Below are positions 1 to 8,330 of a stretch of 32,000 nucleotides of DNA, piece by piece. Source of the DNA: Floridaenema fluviatile BLCC-F154 (GTDB taxonomy: Bacteria; Cyanobacteriota; Cyanobacteriia; Cyanobacteriales; Aerosakkonemataceae); assembly GCF_041929135.1 (NCBI RefSeq), contig NZ_JBHFNS010000031.1, forward strand, positions 1 to 32,000. Direction: 5' to 3'. Made by a program: the position numbers and the translations under genes. Numbering within the stretch: the stretch's first letter is position 1; each line of letters starts with the position of its first letter. Below the pieces are notes generated by a model, which saw nothing but the letters and a program-made list of their open reading frames with translations, ran no database searches and was not told where the DNA came from.

Positions 1-135
1 AATTAGTAATAGTATAGCTTGGGAAAATGTCAGCGTCAAATTATATTGATTCGCTACGCTCAGTCTGAGTCCTTGGTCGCAATTCATCTCCCGCTAACCC
101 TGTCGGGTGTAACGGGAGTCTTCTTGCGACATTGA

Positions 136-267
136 GATAAAGGTGTAACGTCAATCGAAAAAGCCGAGCAATTTCGTAAATGGGTCGCTCAATTTCCTAA
201 AAGTAATGTTAATCTATCTGATGAAGCTCTACGCCGAGAAAAGATTTATGACGATCGAGGCAGATGA
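136..267 (+). pseudogene. C-terminal remnant of a type II antitoxin (partner of the following PIN fragment)
   Basis: Own frame-1 translation gives ...EKAEQFRKWVAQFPKSNVNLSDEALRREKIYDDRGR*. Its stop overlaps the next ATG as ATGA (264-267). There is no in-frame start after the stop at 133-135. A possible N-terminal piece (MSASNYIDSLRSV*, 27-68) lies in another frame. Confidence 0.35.
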
Positions 268-374
268 CCAACTATTTGCTAGATACAAATATTATTCTCA
301 GATTTACTGATACTGACTCTGCCTCGAAGGATATCGTAATGTCTTTGTCATTACATAATGTTAAAATAATTTAA
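264..374 (+). pseudogene. N-terminal fragment (36 aa) of a PIN-domain (VapC-like) toxin
   Basis: Own translation gives MTNYLLDTNIILRFTDTDSASKDIVMSLSLHNVKII*. The YLLDTNI start is the usual PIN N-terminus with the first acidic residue. The ORF stops after 36 codons, whereas PIN toxins are about 130 aa. Confidence 0.45.
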
Positions 375-402
375 TCAGGAATTACACACCCATCAAGCAA
401 CC

Positions 403-693
403 ATGACCAGTAAAACAAAAAGTACGACTCCGCGTAACACACTAAATTTGCGGATTAAGCCAGAAGAACGCAATTTAATCGATATGGCAGCGAAAGTGCA
501 AGGCAAGAATAGGACTGATTTTATTTTGGAAGCGGCGCGGAATGCGGCAGAGGAAACCTTGCTAGAACGGAGTATTTTGGGGGCTAGTCCCGAAGCTTAT
601 GCAGAATTTATCGCGCTTCTAGATGCCCCACCTCAACCGAATGAACGTTTACGCAAAACCATGCAGACGACCCCACCTTGGGACAAAGAATGA
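403..693 (+). CDS. DUF1778/TacA-type ribbon-helix-helix antitoxin
   Basis: 96-aa ORF. It contains LNLRIKPEERNLIDMAAKVQGKNRTDFILEAAR, which is typical of DUF1778 antitoxins that pair with GNAT toxins. It has an ATGA overlap with the next ORF. Confidence 0.75.
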   Translation: MTSKTKSTTPRNTLNLRIKPEERNLIDMAAKVQGKNRTDFILEAARNAAEETLLERSILGASPEAYAEFIALLDAPPQPNERLRKTMQTTPPWDKE

Positions 694-863
694 GTTTAAG
701 ACCACCTGAACCTCTGGCTAGTCATCACGAAATCACTGATTTTTCCTGCGGAATTGTATCACTTGATGATTGGTTGAAGCGTCGGGCATTAGCTAATCAA
801 ACCAGTGGTGCTACTAGAACTTTTGTTACCTGCGTTGACAATAGGGTGATAAACCCCACCTGA
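690..863 (+). pseudogene. Truncated GNAT (TacT-like) acetyltransferase toxin, N-terminal ~57 aa only
   Basis: MSLRPPEPLASHHEITDFSCGIVSLDDWLKRRALANQ... matches the N-terminal region of DUF1778-associated GNAT toxins. The ORF ends 15 bp before the stop of the convergent hydrolase gene. The acetyl-CoA-binding part is missing. Confidence 0.6.
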
Positions 864-877
864 AAGCTTTTTAGTTT

Positions 878-1879
878 TCATTTGCGCTCAAAAGCAGCGA
901 TTAAAGGATTTGAATCAGGTTGCATTTTCTCAAGTATTGCTAATGCTTCTGATTTTTGGCGAACATGAGCATCAATAAACAAAGAAATTGATTCTTCAAT
1001 TAAAGAACGGATATTTTCTTCTGGTTGGGTAGAGGGAAAATCTAAAAATGCCCTATCAGTAGTTGGGTCTTGGGGATGAACCATTGAATAATGATTCGCT
1101 CCTTCTATAATTATTAAATAGGTATCATTTCGATTTCCGGTAATTGCTTCCCGAAAAGTTCGCATCATTGACCTAGTTGGACTATCTTCTTTAATACCAT
1201 AAATATATCTGCTATTAGTAATTACACCATCACAAGTGCCACCGATTAACAACATTGGTAATGTCGAAGGTAGGGGGAGAAAAGTATCTGCTGGATAACC
1301 TAACATCATGGGGGCGGCACTATGAACAGCGTAGCCAAAAGCAGCAGCAACTTGGGGGAAAAATTCCGGGTTAGCACTTTCTAAAGCGACTCTTCCACCA
1401 GCAGAATGTCCACCTAAAATTACCTGTTGTAAGTTTAGCATTCCTGCTAGTAACCCTTCGGTTTGTAAGCTTTCTAATTCAGCTAATAAGGCGGGTAAAG
1501 CGGAGGCAGTGGGCGCAGTTCCATAAGTGTTAGGTGCTAACATTTGGGTATCGACTCCCGGAGTTAAAGCAACTATTCCGGGGAAGTTTTCCGCTACCCA
1601 AGCAAAGGTGACAACTACTATTCCTTTTTCTGCTAGTTTAACTGCTAACCATTGGTAATTTTCGGGGCCGCAGTTGACTCCGCCAAAGAAAATAACTACG
1701 GGGAAAGGTGCTTTTTCTGACTCGGCTGGAATGATACCCTGAGTCTTTTCTAATTCACTCCCGGACATCTGGGCGGGATAGAATATTTTGAGATGAATTG
1801 TGTCGTAAGGTGCGGTAGCATTTTTGACTTTTGTAGACCGGAAAAAAGCACGAACAGTCATAAGCAATTCACCATTCAA
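878..1879 (-). CDS. alpha/beta hydrolase (chlorophyllase / PAF-acetylhydrolase / dienelactone-hydrolase-like)
   Basis: 333-aa ORF with a GHSAGG nucleophile elbow (GxSxG) and a PVVIFFGG oxyanion-region-like strand. Confidence 0.75.
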   Translation of the reverse strand: MNGELLMTVRAFFRSTKVKNATAPYDTIHLKIFYPAQMSGSELEKTQGIIPAESEKAPFPVVIFFGGVNCGPENYQWLAVKLAEKGIVVVTFAWVAENFPGIVALTPGVDTQMLAPNTYGTAPTASALPALLAELESLQTEGLLAGMLNLQQVILGGHSAGGRVALESANPEFFPQVAAAFGYAVHSAAPMMLGYPADTFLPLPSTLPMLLIGGTCDGVITNSRYIYGIKEDSPTRSMMRTFREAITGNRNDTYLIIIEGANHYSMVHPQDPTTDRAFLDFPSTQPEENIRSLIEESISLFIDAHVRQKSEALAILEKMQPDSNPLIAAFERK

Positions 1880-1928
1880 CTGTTCATATTATGCAAGTTA
1901 GAAAGGGAAGATTTAGGGAAGTTACTGT

Positions 1929-2816
1929 TTAACGAAATAATTGTTTTAGTTCTCTGATTATCGATGATTGTCCCAAGTTTAATTGTTTCTGGGTGAAGAT
2001 GCCGTAATTGGGGCTAAAGAGTAATGCTAAGATAAAAAATCCCGATGCGACTAAGACAATGGCGGGGCCGGAAGGTAAGTTATAAAAGTAGCTGAGATAC
2101 ATTCCTGAAATACTGGAAATAATTCCTATTCCTGCCCCTAAAATCATCATTTTATGCAGACGTTTTACTAATAAATATGCTGTGGCTCCGGGAGTAATTA
2201 ATAATGCTAAAACTAAGATTACTCCGACTGCTTTCATGCTGGCAACTATGGTTAAGGCGATGAGTAGCATTAAGCCAAAGTTGAGGAGATTTACTGGTAA
2301 ACCTGCGGCTTGTGCGCCTAGTGGATCGAAGGTGTAAAAGAGTAGTTCTTTGTAAAGTAATCCTACCACAAATAAGATGATGGCGGCAATAATTGCGGTG
2401 TCCCAAACTTCGTCAAAGGTAACTCCTAAGATGTTGCCAAATAGGAAGTGATTGAGGTCGATTTTGTTGCTTTTTTGGATGATGGTAATTAAGGTTATGC
2501 CAAGGGCGAAAAATGCGGAGAATACTATGCCCATTGCGGCATCTTCTTTGATGGGCGATCGAGTTTTGATAAATGCGATCGCGATCGTACTAATCACCCC
2601 CGCAATAAAAGCGCCAATGAAAATATTAGCACCTAACATGAAGGCGATCGCTAACCCAGGTAACACCGAATGACTAATAGCATCTCCTAGCAAAGCTAGT
2701 CTTTGTACCATTAAATAACTGCCCACAACCGCACAAATTAAACCAACTAATATGGCGATAATTAGCGATCGCTGCATGAAACTATATTGTAATGGTTCGA
2801 TTAAGGCTTCGAGCAT
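1929..2816 (-). CDS. metal (Mn/Zn) ABC transporter permease (MntB/ZnuB/TroC family)
   Basis: 295-aa polytopic membrane ORF. It lies directly downstream of the ATPase and is typical of ABC-3 family permeases. Confidence 0.85.
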   Translation of the reverse strand: MLEALIEPLQYSFMQRSLIIAILVGLICAVVGSYLMVQRLALLGDAISHSVLPGLAIAFMLGANIFIGAFIAGVISTIAIAFIKTRSPIKEDAAMGIVFSAFFALGITLITIIQKSNKIDLNHFLFGNILGVTFDEVWDTAIIAAIILFVVGLLYKELLFYTFDPLGAQAAGLPVNLLNFGLMLLIALTIVASMKAVGVILVLALLITPGATAYLLVKRLHKMMILGAGIGIISSISGMYLSYFYNLPSGPAIVLVASGFFILALLFSPNYGIFTQKQLNLGQSSIIRELKQLFR

Positions 2817-2860
2817 AGATTATAAACCGCAAAGGACGCAAAGAACGCAAAGAAAAGAGC

Positions 2861-3658
2861 TTAAGCTGCTTTTCCTTGGAAGAAAATCACTTGTCCACCA
2901 TAAGCACGATAAAGGTTTTCTTGGGTAAATACTTTTTCTCTAGAACCTGCGGCAATTAATCCTTGATTTAATAAGATTAAATCATCAAAATTAGCGATCG
3001 ATTCGCCTAAATCATGATTCACAACTAAAACAATTTTGCCTTCATTAGCTAGTTCGCGGAAAATTTCAAATATTACCGCTTCAGTTTTTTGATCTATGCC
3101 AGCAAAGGGTTCATCAAAACAGAAAATTTCCGCTTCTTGTGCTAACGCCCTAGCTAAGAATACCCTTTGTTGTTGTCCCCCGGAAAGTTGTCCAATAGGT
3201 CGATCGCGAAATGCACTCATTCCCACTCTTTCTAACGCTGTTTCGCTAATTTTACGACTCACATTAGAAAAGCGGCGAAACCATCCCGTTTTTTTCACTC
3301 TCCCCATCATGACTACATCCCAAACTGTCGCCGGATAAGTCCAGTCTATTTGCGATCGTTGCGGTACATAAGCAACTTTTGCCAACTGATCCATCAAAGG
3401 TTGATTTTGATAAATTGTCGTACCACTACTAACCGGAATTAACCCTAACATTCCTTTTAACAGCGTACTCTTTCCTGCACCATTAGGGCCAATAATTCCG
3501 GTAACTTTACCAGAATTTAGCGTAAAACTAACATCCTGCAACGCTTCTACCGTGCGGTACTTGACCCCCAAGTGATTAACCGTAATCCTGGGAATATCCC
3601 TAACATGGCAAATTTGCTGCGTCCAGTGTTCGTCGGTGGGTAAGCTGATAGTTCTCAT
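2861..3658 (-). CDS. metal ABC transporter ATP-binding protein (MntA/ZnuC family)
   Basis: Walker A GPNGAGKST, signature LSGGQQQRV and Walker B IFCFDEP are present. I place the start at MRTISL (ATG 3658) rather than the ORF-track start at 3754, which would overlap the divergent binding-protein gene. Confidence 0.85.
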   Translation of the reverse strand: MRTISLPTDEHWTQQICHVRDIPRITVNHLGVKYRTVEALQDVSFTLNSGKVTGIIGPNGAGKSTLLKGMLGLIPVSSGTTIYQNQPLMDQLAKVAYVPQRSQIDWTYPATVWDVVMMGRVKKTGWFRRFSNVSRKISETALERVGMSAFRDRPIGQLSGGQQQRVFLARALAQEAEIFCFDEPFAGIDQKTEAVIFEIFRELANEGKIVLVVNHDLGESIANFDDLILLNQGLIAAGSREKVFTQENLYRAYGGQVIFFQGKAA

Positions 3659-3747
3659 AATCTTGATTCGATCGTACTTCCTTGAGCATACTATAAATAT
3701 GAGACAATTATGAAAACATCTATAAAAGGAATGAATAGCAAAGATAA

Positions 3748-4758
3748 ATGGCACTAATTATTCAGACCCCTAACCGGACGCAATCTAAGTTTTCCGCCAA
3801 AGCATTAGCCGTTACCTTGTCCTTCCTAGCTTTTGGCTTACTTAGTTGTAACCCCCAAACCGCTAACCGTTCCCAAACGCAGACAAACGGAAAACCCAAC
3901 GTTGTCGCCACTAGCACCATCCTCGCCGACTTGACAGAGGAAGTGGGAGGAGACGAAATAGAGTTAAAGGGAATTTTGCAACCTGGTGCAGATCCTCACG
4001 TTTACGAACCAGTTCCCGCCGACAGCGTAGCATTTGAAAAAGCCGAATTAATAGTTTATAACGGCTACAACTTAGAACCGGGACTAATTAAATTAATGAA
4101 TGCTACAGGTATTCAGGCGCGAAAAATAGCGGCGGGGGAAGTAGTCAAACCTTTACAGTTAGATAAAGGTAAAGGGGAAGTAGTCCCAGATCCTCACGTT
4201 TGGGGGAATGTAAAAAATGTAATTTTGATGGTGAATGAAATTCGCGATGCTTTAATTGCGTTATCACCAGAAGACCAACCAGAATTTACAGAAAATGCCC
4301 AAAAACTGAGCCAAGAATTGCAACAATTGGATGTTTGGATTACTCAACAAATTAAGACGATTCCACCAGATAAGCGTAAGTTAGTTACCAGTCATGATGC
4401 TTTTCAATATTATGGTCGTGGGTATGGATTAGAGATTTTTGGGACTTTAATTGGCATTAGTACCGAAGAACAACCCAGCGCCCAAACTGTCAAACAATTA
4501 GTGGATTCTTTGAAAAAGTCAAATGTACCAGCGATTTTTGCCGAAACCACAATTAATCCAGCTTTAATTAAAACTGTGGCACAGGAAGCGGGAGTTAAGT
4601 TAGCACCAAATCAACTTTATTCTGATTCTATCGGTGCAGTTGGTAGCGATGGAGACACCTACATTAAAATGATGGTTGCTAATACTAAGGCGATCGTCGA
4701 AGCTTTAGGCGGCAAGTATACACCATTTCAACCAAATCAAAAAACTCAGTCTAACTAA
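3748..4758 (+). CDS. metal ABC transporter substrate-binding lipoprotein (cluster A-I; MntC/ZnuA/TroA family)
   Basis: Signal peptide with lipobox LLSC. Motifs DPHVYEP, DPHVWGN and SHDAFQYY are present. It is divergent from the ATPase-permease pair. Confidence 0.85.
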   Translation: MALIIQTPNRTQSKFSAKALAVTLSFLAFGLLSCNPQTANRSQTQTNGKPNVVATSTILADLTEEVGGDEIELKGILQPGADPHVYEPVPADSVAFEKAELIVYNGYNLEPGLIKLMNATGIQARKIAAGEVVKPLQLDKGKGEVVPDPHVWGNVKNVILMVNEIRDALIALSPEDQPEFTENAQKLSQELQQLDVWITQQIKTIPPDKRKLVTSHDAFQYYGRGYGLEIFGTLIGISTEEQPSAQTVKQLVDSLKKSNVPAIFAETTINPALIKTVAQEAGVKLAPNQLYSDSIGAVGSDGDTYIKMMVANTKAIVEALGGKYTPFQPNQKTQSN

Positions 4759-5099
4759 GCGATCGCCTAGTATGGCTTAGTCGTATTGCTACAGGTACAA
4801 TGTTCTAAGTTATTTCTAATTTCAAATCATCCCCGCTGAAAATTCCTCCTACTTCCCGCATCCCCGCCTCCAAAGTACCAACCTTTATGAAGAAAATTGC
4901 TTAGTTTAAGTAACAAAATTTCCTGAATAGATTACAGAAAGTTCCTTGAAAGTATACCTGTTGTAACTTGCGAGGAAAGATTCAACCATAGCCGGAATTT
5001 TTGCTGTATTATTTCTAATAATTGGGTTAACTGTACAAAGAATCAGTTGGTAAACAGCTGATTCTTAAACTAATATTAAAAAAATCAACAGAATATCTC

Positions 5100-6416
5100 A
5101 TGGAAAGCAGAAAACGGCCTATTGGTGTAGATTTATTTGCTGGTGCGGGTGGGATGACACTTGGTTTTGAACAAGCAGGATTCGACGTACTAGCTGCTGT
5201 AGAGATAGATCCAATTCATTGCGCCACCCACGAATATAACTTTCCGCTTTGGACTACTTTATGTCGTGATATTAACAAAACATCTGGCAGAGAAATTAGA
5301 GAACGATCGCAAATAGGCGATCGAGAAATTGACGTAGTATTTGGTGGTTCTCCTTGCCAAGGATTTTCGTTAATTGGCAAACGAGAATTAGGAGATCCGC
5401 GCAATACTTTGTTAAAACAATTTGTCAGAATAGTATTAGAACTAAAACCGAAATATTTCGTCCTCGAAAATGTCCGGGGATTGACCATTGGAAAACATCA
5501 AGAATTCCTGGGAGAAATTATTCAAGAATTTCAAGCAAACGGCTATAAATTAACAGAAGATTACCAAATTCTTAATGCGGCTCATTATGGAGTACCACAA
5601 GCGCGATCGCGAATATTTTTGTTAGGCTGTCGCCAAGATTTACCCTTACCAAAATATCCCGAACCCATCACCGCGACTAACTCCAAACGAGCCGGAAAAA
5701 CTAAACAAACTACCACTTCAACATTACCTTTAGTTCCTACAGTTTGGCAAGCGATCGGAGATTTACCCGAAGTCCAAAATCACCAAGAATTATTCACAAA
5801 AGATTGGGTAATTGCCAAATACGGAATTCCCAGCGAATACGCAGCTAAACTTCGCAACTTAACAGAAGAAGAAAATAATTACAGCTATCCAAGAGAACTG
5901 GATTACACAATTATTACTGCTAGTTTGCGTACCAAACATTCCGAAGCAGCAATGCAAAGATTTGAACAAACAAGTCATGGCAAAATTGAACCAGTAAGCC
6001 GTTTTTATAAACTGCATCCCGAAGGAATTTGTAACACATTAAGAGCCGGAACAGCGAGTAATCAAGGTGCTTTTACATCCCCCCGACCGATTCACCCATT
6101 TACTCCGAGATGTATTACAGTCAGAGAAGCAGCAAGATTACATTCTTATCCCGATTGGTTCCGATTTCACTCCACAAAATGGCATGGTTTCCGACAAGTA
6201 GGGAATTCCGTACCACCTTTATTAGCAAAAGCGATCGCATCTGAAGTTATAAAAGCTTTAGGAGTACAACCAATTAAACCCATAGAAATCATCCCATTAG
6301 GAGATGAAAAATTACTAGAATTAACCATGACCCAAGCTGCCGGAAAATATCTAGTTGACCCCCAAATTATCGAACCCAGAAAACGAGATTACAAAAAACT
6401 ACAAACCGCCGTCTAA
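5100..6416 (+). CDS. dcm: DNA (cytosine-5)-methyltransferase, apparently solitary
   Basis: Motif I DLFAGAGG, motif IV GGSPCQGFS, motif VI ENV, motif VIII QARSRIFL and motif X GNSVPP are present. No restriction-enzyme-like ORF is adjacent. Confidence 0.9.
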   Translation: MESRKRPIGVDLFAGAGGMTLGFEQAGFDVLAAVEIDPIHCATHEYNFPLWTTLCRDINKTSGREIRERSQIGDREIDVVFGGSPCQGFSLIGKRELGDPRNTLLKQFVRIVLELKPKYFVLENVRGLTIGKHQEFLGEIIQEFQANGYKLTEDYQILNAAHYGVPQARSRIFLLGCRQDLPLPKYPEPITATNSKRAGKTKQTTTSTLPLVPTVWQAIGDLPEVQNHQELFTKDWVIAKYGIPSEYAAKLRNLTEEENNYSYPRELDYTIITASLRTKHSEAAMQRFEQTSHGKIEPVSRFYKLHPEGICNTLRAGTASNQGAFTSPRPIHPFTPRCITVREAARLHSYPDWFRFHSTKWHGFRQVGNSVPPLLAKAIASEVIKALGVQPIKPIEIIPLGDEKLLELTMTQAAGKYLVDPQIIEPRKRDYKKLQTAV

Positions 6417-6419
6417 GTC

Positions 6420-6465
6420 CGTTGTCGGCACTTCAGTACCCATCGCGAACAGAGCGCCGACAACG
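6420..6465 (+). terminator. hairpin downstream of the methyltransferase gene (possible terminator)
   Basis: cgttgtcggc (6420-6429) pairs with gccgacaacg (6456-6465). A T-rich run (attattttt) follows a few nt later. The 26-nt loop is long for an intrinsic terminator. Confidence 0.3.
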
Positions 6466-6538
6466 AACAGATTATTTTTCCCTGTTCCCTGATTTTGTGA
6501 TATTAAAATAACGAAAGATAGTTAGGGAAAAAACCGAG

Positions 6539-7225
6539 ATGGCGAGAGTTGAACCAGAAATTGACATTGCGCCATTTATTGACCATGCACTGCTAAATCC
6601 CACCGCTACCCCAGAACAAGTACAACAGTGGTGTGAAGAAGCAGAAAGATATCACTTCGCAGCAGTTTGCGTTTATCCTACTCATGTAAGATTAGCAGCG
6701 GAATTACTCCAGAACAAAGCGCCCAAAGTTTGTACAGTCATTGGATTTCCTTCAGGTGCTACCACCTCTGCCGTCAAACTTTATGAAGCCCAAGAAGCAG
6801 TAGAAAATGGATGCACCGAGTTAGATGTAGTAATTAATCTTGGCTGGCTAAAAAGTGGAAAAACCGAGGCAGTACACCGAGAAATTGCCGAAATTTGCGA
6901 AGAGACAGGTCAAGCAGTCAAAGTAATTTTAGAAACCGCCCTATTGACAGATGCCGAAAAACGACTATCGGCAGAGGTATGTATGGATGCAGGGGCAGCA
7001 TACTTAAAAACAAGTACAGGATGGTACACTGGTGCCACAGTTGCCGATGTCAGACTGCTAAAAGAAATCACTAAAGGTAGTGTCGGCATTAAAGCATCAG
7101 GGGGCATTCGGACTTTAGAACAAGCAGTTGACCTAATTATTGCCGGAGCAACTCGCTTGGGTACTTCTCGCGGTGTCGATTTGCTTCGACAACGCGATAA
7201 CCTGGAAGAAGAGACAGAGGAGTAG
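6539..7225 (+). CDS. deoC: deoxyribose-phosphate aldolase
   Basis: 228-aa ORF with [25 protein letters not shown], the Schiff-base-region LKTSTG and KASGGIR. Confidence 0.9.
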   Translation: MARVEPEIDIAPFIDHALLNPTATPEQVQQWCEEAERYHFAAVCVYPTHVRLAAELLQNKAPKVCTVIGFPSGATTSAVKLYEAQEAVENGCTELDVVINLGWLKSGKTEAVHREIAEICEETGQAVKVILETALLTDAEKRLSAEVCMDAGAAYLKTSTGWYTGATVADVRLLKEITKGSVGIKASGGIRTLEQAVDLIIAGATRLGTSRGVDLLRQRDNLEEETEE

Positions 7226-7410
7226 GGCAGAGGGGCAGGGGAGCAGGGGGGCAGGGGAGCAGGGGGGCAGGGGAGCAGGGGAGCAGAGGAGAGAAAAACT
7301 CAAAACTCCCCCCACCTTCCCACCTTCCCACCTTCCCACCTCCCCAATCCCCAGTCCCCAATCCCCAGTCCCCAATCCCCAGTCCCCAATCCCCAATCCC
7401 TAGTCCCTAG
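7226..7410. repeat. STRR-like tandem short-repeat block: G-rich arm (CAGGGG[A/G]G units) followed by a C-rich arm (CCACCTTC x3, then CCCCA[A/G]T heptamers)
   Basis: Read directly. It starts 1 nt after the deoC stop and ends 3 nt before the recO ATG. The ORF-track entries at 7133-7551 are artefacts of this repeat. Confidence 0.85.
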
Positions 7411-7412
7411 CA

Positions 7413-8324
7413 ATGAGTAGAACCTATAAAGCAACTGGTATAAATCTGAAAAGTATGCCTTTGGGTGAGACGGACCGCTTGTTAACGATTTTGACAAGGG
7501 AGTTTGGCTTAATTCAGGCAGTAGCACCTGGGGCGCGGAAGCATCACTCAAAGTTAGGTGGGCGGAGTGAGTTATTTGTGGTGAATGAACTACTGATTGC
7601 TTCGGGGCGATCGCTAGATAAAATAACTCAAGCTGAAACTGTGCAAACCTATCCTAAACTAGGTGATAATCTGCTCAAACTTACAGCTAGTCAATACCTA
7701 GCAGAACTAATCCTTTGTCACGCCTTGAGCGAACAACCCCAGGAAGAACTGTTTTGTTTATTGACAGAACACCTGAGACGGATTGAGCAAATTCCCAAAC
7801 TGACTGTAAATCGGTCTTTAGTGGTTTTAGCTTATCTGACTCATGCGGTGTTTCACACTTTAGCTCTCGCCGGAATTGCCCCTCAACTACGCCTTTGTTG
7901 TCTGACTCAACAACCGCTGACACCAGACTGGCAAACTCCAGAATGGCGAGTTGGTTTTAGTAACGCAGCTGGAGGTGTTGTCAACTTACTAGCATTAGCT
8001 CAGTTAAGAACAGAAGGCAGAGGGACTAACAAAGTAGGGGAACAGCGGGGAAATTACCGAATATCTAAAACTGTGATTCAACAAAAGGAGATTCCTAAAT
8101 TAGATGCTCAACTTTCAGCTACCGAATTGTCACTATTTCAGCAATTAGCAAATCCTGAATTACCGCTAGTTGCCGAAAATGCAGGTGACGGTTTTTTTCA
8201 ACAACCTAACTGGCTATCTATAGAAAAAGTTTTACGCCAGTACAGCCAATATCATTTTGGACGGCTGATTCGCTCAGCTGTTTTAATGGATACTTATTTA
8301 ACTTCCCTGTCCACTTCCTCTTGA
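7413..8324 (+). CDS. recO: DNA repair protein RecO
   Basis: The N-terminus MSRTYKATGINLKSMPLGETDRLLTILTREFGLIQAVAPGARK is the typical RecO OB-fold region. At 303 aa it is longer than most RecO proteins. Confidence 0.8.
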   Translation: MSRTYKATGINLKSMPLGETDRLLTILTREFGLIQAVAPGARKHHSKLGGRSELFVVNELLIASGRSLDKITQAETVQTYPKLGDNLLKLTASQYLAELILCHALSEQPQEELFCLLTEHLRRIEQIPKLTVNRSLVVLAYLTHAVFHTLALAGIAPQLRLCCLTQQPLTPDWQTPEWRVGFSNAAGGVVNLLALAQLRTEGRGTNKVGEQRGNYRISKTVIQQKEIPKLDAQLSATELSLFQQLANPELPLVAENAGDGFFQQPNWLSIEKVLRQYSQYHFGRLIRSAVLMDTYLTSLSTSS

Positions 8325-8330
8325 TAAATC

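Noticed and set aside
2152-3338. ORFs 2152-2406(-), 2452-2673(+) and 3096-3338(+) inside the permease and ATPase genes
   Set aside because: They are alternative-frame or antisense shadows of strongly supported genes, with low-complexity or atypical composition.
3659-3747. Possible Zur/Fur box around atgagacaattatgaaaacat in the divergent metal-transporter control region
   Set aside because: Only about 4 of 9 positions per half-site are symmetric, which is too weak to call by eye.
2861-3754. Long form of the metal-transporter ATPase ORF (297 aa)
   Set aside because: The first 32 codons (MPFIFAIHSFYRCFHNCLIF…) have no homology-like character and would overlap the divergent binding-protein start. 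MRTISL at 3658 gives a normal-length ATPase.
5038-5066. Hairpin aagaatcag…ctgattctt upstream of the methyltransferase gene
   Set aside because: The stem is 9 bp with an 11-nt loop and no adjacent U-tract on either strand. It is not distinguishable from chance in AT-rich intergenic DNA.
5216-5548. ORFs 5216-5488(-) and 5354-5548(+) within the methyltransferase gene
   Set aside because: They are shadow ORFs inside a gene with all ten-motif hallmarks in its own frame.
7133-7551. Four overlapping ORFs (7133-7396, 7137-7361, 7140-7403, 7300-7551) encoding G/W/P-rich peptides
   Set aside because: They are translations of the STRR-like tandem repeat in several frames and on both strands. They overlap deoC and recO and have no start-site context.
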